From a virus, in IMG/VR virus record IMGVR_UViG_3300028589_000003, positions 1-43,445 of that record: 43,445 nt of DNA; one strand, given 5' to 3'. A program made the translations under genes and the position numbers. The notes below the pieces were generated by a model. The model made no database searches. It was not told the DNA's origin and saw nothing but the letters and a program-made list of their open reading frames with translations. Positions 1-7,801 of the stretch are shown here, piece by piece; the first letter of the stretch is position 1, and each line of letters begins with the position of its first letter.

Positions 1-127
1 GCCACCTCGTAGGCAGTCATGGTGCCTTCGCTTTGGCTAATCAACAGGAACAGGTCCTCATAGAAGGCCTCGGAGATATCCTGCTCACACTCGGCAATCT
101 CAGCCCGGACGTTGACCAAGGCTGCAG
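1..127. repeat. Terminal overlap: exact copy of 43319-43445 (circular-closure overlap)
   Basis: Read directly: gccacctcgtaggcagtcatgg...gttgaccaaggctgcag occurs at both window ends with no mismatch. The portal reading frame is continuous across the junction. Confidence 0.95.
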
Positions 128-1157
128 GGTTAGGCTCGTAGGATGGGCGCATGGCCGCACCGACGAGGTTGTCCGGAACCCATGTAATGCCGCCTGGAAC
201 AGTGCTTGCGCCTTGCCCCCTGATGCTGATCGGCGCCGTGAGCGATGGCCTGGCGTACAGCTGGACCAGGCGCATCTTGTCGGCTTCGAGCAGCTGCAGT
301 TCCTGAGACTTGCCAATGGCAACATCGCCGGGGCCGGTACCGTATACGTTGACCCCGTTCACATCCCAGCGCGGCGCCATGATCGGGAACGACTTGAACC
401 CGCTTTGGCGCAGGATGCATTCGTTCTGTTTGCCGTCCTCCCAGTACGTGGACTTCCAAGGCATGGACCGGCTGTCCATCTTGGCCATGTCGGCATCAGG
501 GTTAGGCTCGATCAGGTGACACACGCAGATGTTCGTGTTCTGCCCCTGCTCGGCCAGCAGCTTGACCTGAGCGCTGCAGTTGTCCTTGCCGAACTGCTGC
601 ACGATCTGGCGCGGGGTCATGCTGTATTCGCGGTAGAACGTGTCGATCTGCCCGCGTGCGCTGGTTGCCAAGGCGAAGGTGCCCACCGGGTAGTGGTAGA
701 AGCGGACCACGTCCTCGTCGTCAGGAAGCGCAGACATGGCTCCGGTGCCGTACACCATTTCCGAGTGACAGACCTGCGGCAGGATGTTGTAGAAGTTCGA
801 GCGGGCCAGCACGCCGTGGATGGACTGCTGAACGGAGTACAGCCACTGCTGCACGGCGGAGTTGTTCGGCACACCCTGCGGAGGCTGGATCAAGATCCAT
901 GGCCGTGACTGGCTGGCCAGGCCTGAAGCCATGCCTGCCGCGCCGATCTTGGCCGAGCGAACGGGCTTCTGGTTGTTGATCCGCTGATCCCGGCGCTTGC
1001 CATCGTTCTTCAGGTCGCCTTCGAACTGGCCGTCAGCCGGCGCCAGGTAGTCGCGCTGGTTCTTCCACTTGGGCAGCCACTTCTCGTCGCGCTCGGCCTT
1101 GAGCTGCAGCCCCTTCTTGCTGAGGCGCTCGGCCTCTTTGGCGTCGATCTTCGGCAT
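1..1157 (-). CDS. Portal (head-to-tail connector) protein, 5' part; continues at 42781-43318 through the circular junction
   Basis: The minus frame is open from ATG 1157 (MPKIDAKEAERLSKKGLQLKAERDEKWLPKWKNQRDYLAPADGQFEGDLKNDGKRRDQRINNQKPVRSAKIG...) to the window edge. It is absent from the ORF track because no stop is reached. It is in frame with ORF 42781..43437 (1157-119 = 346 codons), giving one 564-aa protein. Its size, its position after terL and its Gln/Ala-rich C-terminal tail fit a podovirus-type portal. Confidence 0.85.
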   Translation of the reverse strand, partial: MPKIDAKEAERLSKKGLQLKAERDEKWLPKWKNQRDYLAPADGQFEGDLKNDGKRRDQRINNQKPVRSAKIGAAGMASGLASQSRPWILIQPPQGVPNNSAVQQWLYSVQQSIHGVLARSNFYNILPQVCHSEMVYGTGAMSALPDDEDVVRFYHYPVGTFALATSARGQIDTFYREYSMTPRQIVQQFGKDNCSAQVKLLAEQGQNTNICVCHLIEPNPDADMAKMDSRSMPWKSTYWEDGKQNECILRQSGFKSFPIMAPRWDVNGVNVYGTGPGDVAIGKSQELQLLEADKMRLVQLYARPSLTAPISIRGQGASTVPGGITWVPDNLVGAAMRPSYEPNPAALVNVRAEIAECEQDISEAFYEDLFLLISQSEGTMTAYEV

Positions 1158-1160
1158 GGT

Positions 1161-1490
1161 TTAGCTCCCGAGCAGGCTCTTGGCGCCGGTAGTGGACGCG
1201 CTACCCAGGCCGCCAGCACCGGTGAGGATGTTCCCGCTCAGTCCAGCTGCTGCCAGTTGTCGGCGGCGCTGGGCCTCGCGTGCTGCCTCGGTGTCGGCTG
1301 ACACAGCCGTTGGGGTACTGGATGGCGCTTCAACGGCAGCGGTACTGCCGGTTTCAGCGCCCATGCCTGCACCAAGTGCGCTCGCACCAATGCCCAGTGC
1401 TGCCTTGAGCGGATCGACTGCCAGCTTCTCAGCCGCGCCAGACAAGCCGAACGTTGCGATGTTGAGTGCTTTCTTGACCTTCTTGCCCAT
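1161..1490 (-). CDS. Ala/Gly-rich hypothetical protein (possible virion/ejection protein)
   Basis: ORF 1161..1499. ATG 1490 is preferred because AAGGAG lies 8 nt upstream, whereas the GTG at 1499 has no spacing to the RBS. Low-complexity A/G/S-rich sequence ending ...ILTGAGGLGSASTTGAKSLLGS. Lies between terL and portal. Confidence 0.6.
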   Translation of the reverse strand: MGKKVKKALNIATFGLSGAAEKLAVDPLKAALGIGASALGAGMGAETGSTAAVEAPSSTPTAVSADTEAAREAQRRRQLAAAGLSGNILTGAGGLGSASTTGAKSLLGS

Positions 1491-1495
1491 GTTGT

Positions 1496-1924
1496 TCACT
1501 CCTTGGTGATTGCGTACATGACGATATCTTGGCCATCAGGTGAGGCCTTGCGCATTGTGGATTCAAACGTGTGGCCTGTCGCCCTGAGGAATGCGGCGCT
1601 GTGGCGGTCGCTGGCGGCGCAGGTTGATTGGACGCGGTGGAGGCTGTCGGAATGCATGAGGCGGTCGATGCTTGCGGCTACTGCCCGGGCAAGGCTCAGG
1701 CCGCTCCCCTTGACTGCTGCACGGTCTATTACTGCGAACGCATATGCCACGCCATTCCAAAGCAACTGGTAGCCCGATACAGCGACGATCTTCTCGCCCA
1801 GGTAGTACGAGGTCAGTCCGCATGCTTCGGCCTCTGTATGCGCCTCCCAGCCCTCGCACGGGTTCTCTTCGTAGCACGGAAGGCGGGCAAGGTCGCCAGC
1901 CTGGTATGGCCTTGTCGTGATCAT
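1496..1924 (-). CDS. GNAT-fold acetyltransferase-like protein
   Basis: 142 aa. ATGA overlap with the terL stop. The beta-alpha pattern (...IVAVSGYQLLWNGVAYAFAVIDRAAVKGSGLSLARAV...FLRATGHTFE) resembles a GNAT core. Assignment is by eye only. Confidence 0.5.
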   Translation of the reverse strand: MITTRPYQAGDLARLPCYEENPCEGWEAHTEAEACGLTSYYLGEKIVAVSGYQLLWNGVAYAFAVIDRAAVKGSGLSLARAVAASIDRLMHSDSLHRVQSTCAASDRHSAAFLRATGHTFESTMRKASPDGQDIVMYAITKE

Positions 1925-3429
1925 GCGTAGGGGTTCCAGTCGGTCTGCACGTCGGCTTCCCCGGTGTAGGGATCCCAGTTCGTCGCATTGCTGCGGTCCT
2001 GCATGCGCATTACAGGCATGGCGAAGGTCAGGGCCAGGGCGTCGGCGTTGTCTGGACTCATGCCCAAGCGCTTCTTGATGTCGTCCTTTTTCTCAAGCGA
2101 CAGCTGGTCGCGGTTGTTGTGCGCGTACTCAGGTGAAGTCAGCTCAGCCTCAAGCTCTGCGTCGAACTCAATGGCCAGGCCGGCACGGATCGACTCCCGC
2201 ATCTGCCACCACATGTAAGTGCGCATGTTGCTGTAGTGTGCGTCAGGTGCGGCACTGGCGAAGTTGACATCCATGATTGGGACGCCGGGCATCAGCTTGC
2301 GCAGCTGGTCAGCCACTGGACCGCCTACGCCTGTCGAGTCAACGAACACTGCATCAGGCCTGTGATCCTTCACGACGGTGCACACCTTGGCGATGAAGCG
2401 CGTGGTGTCGCGAGTCTCAGAGCCAGGGATGACGACAGGCGGAATGCTGCGCGCATCCAGGCCACGCCTGAACCTGATCACGTTGTTGTCTTCGCCGCCT
2501 CGGGCGATGTCGATGCCGATCACCAGAGCGTCATGCAACGTGTAAGCCGCCTCGCGCTTCATGGCCTCGGCCACCCAGTCAGTTGGTATCAGCTGCAATG
2601 CGGAAGCCCTCGGGAACATGCCGCGCACACGGACGCGGACGAAGTCGGAATCTTCACCCCAGTCATCAATCCACTTCTGGTGCTGGGTCTTGTTGGTGCC
2701 TTCAACAGTCCTGGCATCGATCTGCTTGCACTTCCACCGGTGCTTGAACTTGCGGAAGCACTCCCGGAATCGGCCCGTGTTGCGCGTCGGGTTGCCGAAT
2801 GCCACCCAAATGATCTCGGTGTTCTCGTCGGTCAGCGCGCCTTCTGCCACTTCCCACACCTTGTCGCTGATGTTCGATGCCTCATCGAAGATCAGGATGA
2901 TGCGCTTGCCCTCGTTGTGCAGGCCGGCGAATGCCTCGGTGTTGGTGTCGGACCATGGCACGGCGTCGGCGCGCCATGAGGCTGAGTGCTTGGGGTCAAG
3001 GGAAACGATCGATGTAGCCGTGGTCTTGAACCAGTGCGAGAAAAGGCTTAGCCGGCGCCACTTGGCGATCTCCGGCCAAGTCTTGGTGCGCAGCTGGGTT
3101 TCGGTGTTTGCTGTCACGACGACGCGGGTATCAACTGCTGTGCACTCAGCCCAGTCAATGAGCATGCTGATGAAGGCTGACTTGCCGATACCGTGGCCTG
3201 ATGCCCGGGCGAGCAGCAGAGGCTCAAACCTGTTCTCGCTGCGCAGGTGGTCGCGGATTTCCTTGAATGCGTCAGCCTGCCATTCCCTCGGCCCCATCTT
3301 GCCCTTCAGCTCGCCTTCATCCCACGGATACGCAATCTCAGCGAACCCAAGCGGGTCATCAGCGAACTGAGCAGCCAGAGCCGCAAGCTCGTCCTCAAGC
3401 TCGCTCTCACGCGTGGCCACGTTAGCCAT
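1921..3429 (-). CDS. terL: Terminase large subunit
   Basis: 502 aa. Walker A-like ASGHGIGKSAF and a DE-type Walker B (IILIFDEAS). Overlaps terS by 8 nt. Size and position are typical. Confidence 0.9.
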   Translation of the reverse strand: MANVATRESELEDELAALAAQFADDPLGFAEIAYPWDEGELKGKMGPREWQADAFKEIRDHLRSENRFEPLLLARASGHGIGKSAFISMLIDWAECTAVDTRVVVTANTETQLRTKTWPEIAKWRRLSLFSHWFKTTATSIVSLDPKHSASWRADAVPWSDTNTEAFAGLHNEGKRIILIFDEASNISDKVWEVAEGALTDENTEIIWVAFGNPTRNTGRFRECFRKFKHRWKCKQIDARTVEGTNKTQHQKWIDDWGEDSDFVRVRVRGMFPRASALQLIPTDWVAEAMKREAAYTLHDALVIGIDIARGGEDNNVIRFRRGLDARSIPPVVIPGSETRDTTRFIAKVCTVVKDHRPDAVFVDSTGVGGPVADQLRKLMPGVPIMDVNFASAAPDAHYSNMRTYMWWQMRESIRAGLAIEFDAELEAELTSPEYAHNNRDQLSLEKKDDIKKRLGMSPDNADALALTFAMPVMRMQDRSNATNWDPYTGEADVQTDWNPYA

Positions 3430-3994
3430 TGCGCTGAGCCGCCTTTGCCCGAGCAGCAGCCAGGCGACCGCCGAAGCCTTCCTTCACGTCGACCTCAACC
3501 AACTCAGCAAACGCACGCACACCCACATGCTTGCCCATCAGCTCAAGCACCCGCGTCTTGTCGTAGAACTTGACCACGCCCGTCTTCATGTTCACTTCCT
3601 TGACCATCTGCCGCCAGATCTTTGGCCAGGAATGGATTGGCTTGAGACGTCCGTGCTCGTCGTAGATATCGGACATGTCCATCTCTTCGATGGCGGCCAG
3701 GCGCTTGAGGACGTATGCGGCGTCGATTCCTGCCTTTTCAACAGCAGCATCACGCACAGAATCAATGAAGGCCTTGACCTTTGCGTTGCTTGACATGCGT
3801 GAAGCGCACGCATCTATCGAGTCTTCGTCCTTTGCAGTCCCTCCGGCGCGCAAATAGGCCTCTCTCTGACTCATGCCTGACGGGTCTAGCAGGTTCAGCG
3901 CAAAAGCCTTCTGGCGGCGATTCAGGACGTTGTAGAGGGTCAGCTGTTGCGAGGAAAGCCCCTCACAGCGCTTATCTGATTCGGTCATGGCCAT
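3422..3994 (-). CDS. terS: Terminase small subunit
   Basis: 190 aa immediately upstream of and overlapping terL. N-terminal HTH-like LTLYNVLNRRQKAFALNLLDPSGMSQREAYLRAGG, typical of Terminase_2-type small subunits. Confidence 0.8.
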   Translation of the reverse strand: MAMTESDKRCEGLSSQQLTLYNVLNRRQKAFALNLLDPSGMSQREAYLRAGGTAKDEDSIDACASRMSSNAKVKAFIDSVRDAAVEKAGIDAAYVLKRLAAIEEMDMSDIYDEHGRLKPIHSWPKIWRQMVKEVNMKTGVVKFYDKTRVLELMGKHVGVRAFAELVEVDVKEGFGGRLAAARAKAAQRNG

Positions 3995-4011
3995 TCCCGG
4001 TGATTGGTCAA

Positions 4012-4022
4012 ATATTGATCAA
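4012..4022 (-). promoter_or_regulatory. TTGATCAATAT motif (minus-strand reading) 17 nt upstream of the terS ATG
   Basis: Exact 11-mer shared with 26574-26584 at identical spacing to a start codon. Core TTGATCAA is a perfect palindrome containing GATC. It sits within the imperfect palindrome attggtcaa-ata-ttgatcaat. Confidence 0.3.
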
Positions 4023-4047
4023 TCATACCAGAGCCATGGAATTCAGT

Positions 4048-4536
4048 TCACCGCACCATTTCCGAAGGCGCCTGCTCCCTGGTGTTGATCCTGAAGTCAA
4101 TGTCGGCAGCCTGGCCGGCCAGGTTCTGGAAGGTCAGCACGTAGCTGGTGTTCTTCTTGAGGATCAGCGGCTCATCATCAGGAATCGTGACGGTTGACGT
4201 GCCGGTGGTGGCATTGCCGCGCAGCACGATGCTCGCGAAGTAGGCATTTGGCGTGAACGTGACTCCGGCCTTCATCTGAACCGGTGGCGTTACTGGGCCG
4301 GCCTGGTTCCGATTGTACGTGCGCAGGATGTTGGTACCGCCAGTGAATGCGACCTCATACAGCGAAATGCGTATCTTGTTCTCGCTGCACGTGTAGGTGC
4401 GACGGTCGAACTGGAAGTTGTAGGCGCCGGTGGTGAACCCGACCTGAACAACGGCGTTCTGTGCCACCGCCGTGAACTCATGCTCGTTTGTCCATACAAG
4501 GCCAGAAGCCATGAGTGAATCTTTTCTGTCGTCCAT
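4048..4536 (-). CDS. Hypothetical beta-rich protein (first gene after the early terminator)
   Basis: 162-aa ORF rich in T/N/V/F, consistent with a beta-strand fold. GGGGGAG lies just upstream of the ATG. I recognise no family. Confidence 0.6.
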   Translation of the reverse strand: MDDRKDSLMASGLVWTNEHEFTAVAQNAVVQVGFTTGAYNFQFDRRTYTCSENKIRISLYEVAFTGGTNILRTYNRNQAGPVTPPVQMKAGVTFTPNAYFASIVLRGNATTGTSTVTIPDDEPLILKKNTSYVLTFQNLAGQAADIDFRINTREQAPSEMVR

Positions 4537-4585
4537 ATCTCCCCCTGAAAGTGGTTAAGCGAAGCGCTTTGCGGAGTATGGCAGC

Positions 4586-4623
4586 ACAAAAACAAAACCC
4601 CAGACCTTTCGACCTGGGGTTTT
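4586..4623 (-). terminator. Rho-independent terminator after the ruvC-like gene (bidirectional shape)
   Basis: aaaaccccag-acctttcgac-ctggggtttt gives a 6-bp GC stem extended by A:T pairs. On the minus strand it is followed by TTTTGTTTTTGT. Confidence 0.6.
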
Positions 4624-4708
4624 GCGAACTTCACCGTGAACACCGTTCTGAATCGCTGATGGCGGGGAGTCGGGTGTGGGTGAATCATGCGTTACTTGCT
4701 TTCCGGCG

Positions 4709-5176
4709 TCAAGAGAGCGTCATGCCATGTCTAGCAATCAGGATTGCATCGGCTACTGCTTGGCCTTTGCCCTTCAGATCGAGGATTCGAAGATCAGGGT
4801 AAAGCCTTGCGCAATGCGACCTTGCCGCGTCCTTGTCCTTTCCGATCAGGCCTGCCGATTTCTTCCATGACTGCGGGGTTACGCAGACATATGGAACCTC
4901 TAGCGCCATCAGTACGCCTTCGATGACTCCAGCAGAGTGCCCGAACGAGAACATCGAACTGACACCCTGCCCTGGCATGGCCCCGACCTGCTCCAGAACA
5001 GCCCTGATCCTCTCCCCCTGAAACCTCCTGACGAACTGAGCCACAGCGGAGCCGTTTACGCGGTTTTTCTTGCCTACCATTAGCGTTGGCATTGGTTCGT
5101 GGTGAATCACGCTAAAATCGACCTCCAGAGCGACGAGAGAGCCGCTTAGGCCTGGGTCGATACCTATGGTGATCAC
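4709..5176 (-). CDS. RuvC-like Holliday junction resolvase
   Basis: 155 aa. N-terminal ITIGIDPGLSG (catalytic Asp motif) and C-terminal AVADAILIARHG, typical of the RuvC fold. GTG start overlaps the upstream stop. Confidence 0.8.
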   Translation of the reverse strand: MITIGIDPGLSGSLVALEVDFSVIHHEPMPTLMVGKKNRVNGSAVAQFVRRFQGERIRAVLEQVGAMPGQGVSSMFSFGHSAGVIEGVLMALEVPYVCVTPQSWKKSAGLIGKDKDAARSHCARLYPDLRILDLKGKGQAVADAILIARHGMTLS

Positions 5177-5421
5177 TGATCCTCCTTGGCCATGGCCTCG
5201 TCGATCTCCGCGTCGGCTTGATCGTTGGTTATCTCGCCGGCCCGCAGCTCATAGAACCAAGACTCCATGCTCGGGCAGCCATGATCTCGCATCCACCGAT
5301 ACCTCTCCACATCCCGAATCAACTCCACCATAACCCCAGCCGGAACCGTAACCAGCAGATCGGGGCATTTCTCAGCCGTGGCCTGGGCGGTGGCCTTTAG
5401 CGTTTGCAGGTCGGTGGTCAT
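5173..5421 (-). CDS. Hypothetical protein
   Basis: 82-aa ORF with ATGA-type overlaps on both sides (translational coupling). Confidence 0.6.
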   Translation of the reverse strand: MTTDLQTLKATAQATAEKCPDLLVTVPAGVMVELIRDVERYRWMRDHGCPSMESWFYELRAGEITNDQADAEIDEAMAKEDQ

Positions 5422-5990
5422 TTGGATTTCTCCTTGGCATTCTCGGCGCGGCGCTTGTCGCGATAGGCATAAACTTCTTCAAGACCTTCATCGATCTTCA
5501 CGACTTCGCGATCGAAGTAGGCCTGGGCCTGGGTTTCTCCCTCCGGCGGCAACTCACCAGGGCCGCGCAAGCCGTTCCAAATCCACAGCATCGCGTCATC
5601 GGCACCCTTCCCTTCCTGCCATTCGATCACGGATGCACGCATTCCAAGCAGGTAACGCCCGAATGTCAGGTCGAGTTCCTTGACTTGCATGCGCAGCGCC
5701 TCGTTCTCTGCCTTGAGCTGATCGATCAGGCGGCGTGAATGCTTGGCTGGCTCGAAAGCAAGTTCATCGATCTCAGCCAGCAGAGCCAGAACCGTTGCCG
5801 GACTTGCGGCTGCGGCGAACTCTGCGTTCTGCAGGCCCTTCCCGTCTGAAGTATGCCAAGCGCTTAGAATCTTTCCGCTGCCGTCGCCAATTACATGAAC
5901 GCCGTTGTGATCGACCTCTACCCGTCGTGGACCGTGATTTTGGGTAGCGGCCTGAGCCAGCGCCATCAGCTTTTCCTTGTCGATGCTCAT
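5418..5990 (-). CDS. Hypothetical protein, Ead/Ea22-like
   Basis: 190 aa. N-terminal KLMALAQAATQ...AEFAAAASPATVLALLAEIDEL followed by a coiled coil resembles lambdoid ead/Ea22-type early proteins. Assignment is by eye. Confidence 0.55.
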   Translation of the reverse strand: MSIDKEKLMALAQAATQNHGPRRVEVDHNGVHVIGDGSGKILSAWHTSDGKGLQNAEFAAAASPATVLALLAEIDELAFEPAKHSRRLIDQLKAENEALRMQVKELDLTFGRYLLGMRASVIEWQEGKGADDAMLWIWNGLRGPGELPPEGETQAQAYFDREVVKIDEGLEEVYAYRDKRRAENAKEKSK

Positions 5991-6178
5991 TCCTTAATCT
6001 CCTTCCGCCCATGCCCCCGATCAAGCAGCACAAACCCTGCTGCCTGCCTGGCCTTTGAGCATTTGTCGTGGTTGTAGTACGCCCGGCCGCGCCCGCATAC
6101 ATCGCAGCGCCCAGTCATTGCACTACGGAACAGCGGATTCATGCCGCCATTTGGCTTGGTCATTGGTTGATCTTCCAT
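5987..6178 (-). CDS. Small zinc-ribbon-like protein (63 aa)
   Basis: Internal ATG 6178 of track ORF 5987..6370 overlaps the stop of the upstream mini-gene by 1 nt. Product is MEDQPMTKPNGGMNPLFRSAMTGRCDVCGRGRAYYNHDKCSKARQA.... The N-terminal extension in the track overlaps another better ORF. Confidence 0.5.
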   Translation of the reverse strand: MEDQPMTKPNGGMNPLFRSAMTGRCDVCGRGRAYYNHDKCSKARQAAGFVLLDRGHGRKEIKE

Positions 6179-6348
6179 CACTTCCCCTCCCGCGCATACC
6201 GCGCCTGCCTGATCTTGGAGCACTTCGTGTGCTTGTAGGTGTTGTGGCCGAAGGACTTGGGCTTGCCACAGATGTCGCAGTGGCTTGGCAGATCCAGCGG
6301 CCCCATGGAATACCCGCGCATCTTGGTCTTGCGGCGTAGGGAGGTCAT
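6178..6348 (-). CDS. Small zinc-ribbon-like protein (56 aa), paralogue of 5987-6178
   Basis: Translated by hand and below the ORF-track cutoff: MTSLRRKTKMRGYSMGPLDLPSHCDICGKPKSFGHNTYKHTKCSKIRQARYAREGK. ATGA overlap with the upstream stop at 6345-6348. Shares the CD(I/V)CG...KCSK.RQA motif with the next gene. Confidence 0.5.
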   Translation of the reverse strand: MTSLRRKTKMRGYSMGPLDLPSHCDICGKPKSFGHNTYKHTKCSKIRQARYAREGK

Positions 6349-6542
6349 GGGCGGCGCTCCAAGGTTTCACGCCATGGCTTTTCGGCGCCTATCCATCTGG
6401 CCTTTTCAAATTGGCCATCTGCATTGACCCAGCTGACCAGCATTGACACCGGCTTTTTGTCATACCAGTACCAATCTCCAGAACTGTCCATTGCAGCCCA
6501 GTCAAATCCTTTGGGGGCCTCACTCCAATCCGGCTTGCTCAT
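6345..6542 (-). CDS. Hypothetical Trp-rich small protein
   Basis: 65-aa ORF with coupled overlaps. Its DWSEAPKG motif also occurs as DWSKAPED in the 12023-12526 product. Confidence 0.6.
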   Translation of the reverse strand: MSKPDWSEAPKGFDWAAMDSSGDWYWYDKKPVSMLVSWVNADGQFEKARWIGAEKPWRETLERRP

Positions 6543-6961
6543 GGCATGTCACTCCACTTCTCGTCACGGCGCATTGCTTCATCAATGGCCTGGACCGGCG
6601 TTTTGTACCATTCGTCTTGAGCACAATCAGGCCACTGGCAGCGATAGACGCCTTCAGGATCTCGCGTGCCGTTCATGTGGCTGATGGTGATCTGCTGTTC
6701 AAGAACGAATTTCAGCCGTTTCTCTGCCTCGTATGCCTGATGGAATGCGCGGTTCGCGGCGTCGATCTGCTCTTGAAGCTCGCTTACCGTTTCGCCGTAT
6801 GTATCGTTCTCGCGATCACGAACCTCAACCCCAAGCAGTTCACCGAGCAGGCGTGCCATTTCTGGAACGTCTGCCAGCACGTAATGGTCGTCTGATTCGC
6901 GGACGTAGGTGAATCCGAGTTCTAGGCAGCGCTTCTGCCAGTCAGTGCGTTGATCGCTCAT
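6539..6961 (-). CDS. Hypothetical protein
   Basis: 140-aa ORF with ATGA overlaps on both sides. Confidence 0.65.
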   Translation of the reverse strand: MSDQRTDWQKRCLELGFTYVRESDDHYVLADVPEMARLLGELLGVEVRDRENDTYGETVSELQEQIDAANRAFHQAYEAEKRLKFVLEQQITISHMNGTRDPEGVYRCQWPDCAQDEWYKTPVQAIDEAMRRDEKWSDMP

Positions 6962-7335
6962 ACCGCCTCCCCCTTAGCCAGGGCCAGTGCTGCGTCAACT
7001 ACTTGGTCAAGCCCGTGAAGTTCGAGAGTTCCACGCAGAGTAGCGACAGCATCAAGAGCCTCGACAATCCGCCGATCCTCATCACTGCGCCGCTCAGCCA
7101 GCCGCTCAATGTGCCGCACATTCTCCTGAACCTGCTCGCTGAGCTTCTGGGCCCTGGCGAAGTTCTCGTCGGCTACCTCGGTGGCTTGGCGCAGGGCTTC
7201 GGCTTGGAGGTAGACCAGACGATCCACGGTCTGGATCATGCAGTCGTAGGTCAGCGCTGACATCTCGCCGGCCGCGCTCTTGATCGCCAAGTCCATGAGC
7301 ATGCGTGCGCGCTTGATTTCGTCGATGTTGGTCAT
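6958..7335 (-). CDS. Hypothetical coiled-coil protein
   Basis: ATG 7335 (MTNIDEIKRARM...) forms an ATGA overlap with the stop of the upstream gene. The GTG start at 7374 given in the track is less likely. Confidence 0.6.
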   Translation of the reverse strand: MTNIDEIKRARMLMDLAIKSAAGEMSALTYDCMIQTVDRLVYLQAEALRQATEVADENFARAQKLSEQVQENVRHIERLAERRSDEDRRIVEALDAVATLRGTLELHGLDQVVDAALALAKGEAV

Positions 7336-7634
7336 TTGCACTTCACTCCTTGGGATTCGATGGCGGAGCGGCACTCGTCAATAGCAAGTTGGTTGGCCAT
7401 GAGCGCCGAAAGCAGAGACTGATCACCATTGGCGCGCTCGCCTGTGTCGCCACGGCTTTGTGGTAGTTCGATCACCAAGGCCTGGCGCGAGGCTTGCCAT
7501 GCCGCCTCGCAAATCCACTTGAGGTCTTCCCATTTCTTGGCTCCGCCGAGTTCGCCATGATCTCGCAGACGGGTGACTTGCTCCCGGTGCCAAGCCTCAA
7601 ACTGCGCCCTAGATTCGTTTTCGATGTTGCTCAC
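7332..7634 (-). CDS. Hypothetical protein (100 aa)
   Basis: In-frame GTG 7634 is preceded by GAGGAAAT. The longer track ORF (to 7958) would overlap dnaB and has an Arg/Pro-rich junk-like N-terminus. Confidence 0.5.
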   Translation of the reverse strand: MSNIENESRAQFEAWHREQVTRLRDHGELGGAKKWEDLKWICEAAWQASRQALVIELPQSRGDTGERANGDQSLLSALMANQLAIDECRSAIESQGVKCK

Positions 7635-7648
7635 GGTGATTTCCTCTC

Positions 7649-7801
7649 TCAGTCCTTCCAGATTTTCGATTCCTGAAGCGCCACAGCTGCGGCGATTAGG
7701 GTGTATGTGACTAGTACAGAGGCCAGCGGCGCCAGGTATGCGACCGATGAAACGGTGGCAACGAGTAGGGCTAGGCCTAGGAGTAGGTTTTTCATATGCA
7801 T
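7649..7801 (-). CDS. Small membrane protein (50 aa)
   Basis: Hand-translated: MHMKNLLLGLALLVATVSSVAYLAPLASVLVTYTLIAAAVALQESKIWKD. The ATG directly abuts the dnaB stop. Two hydrophobic stretches. Below the track cutoff. Confidence 0.4.
   Translation of the reverse strand: MHMKNLLLGLALLVATVSSVAYLAPLASVLVTYTLIAAAVALQESKIWKD

Noticed and set aside
1-127. The 127-bp terminal repeat as a biological direct terminal repeat.
   Set aside because: It cuts through the middle of the portal coding sequence, and its length equals a common assembler k-mer size. It is more simply an assembly closure overlap. Read-level data would be needed to be certain.
4290-4688. 132-aa minus-strand ORF spanning the 4.6-kb intergenic region.
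   Set aside because: It runs straight through the terminator hairpin, overlaps the 162-aa gene out of frame, and has an implausible composition.
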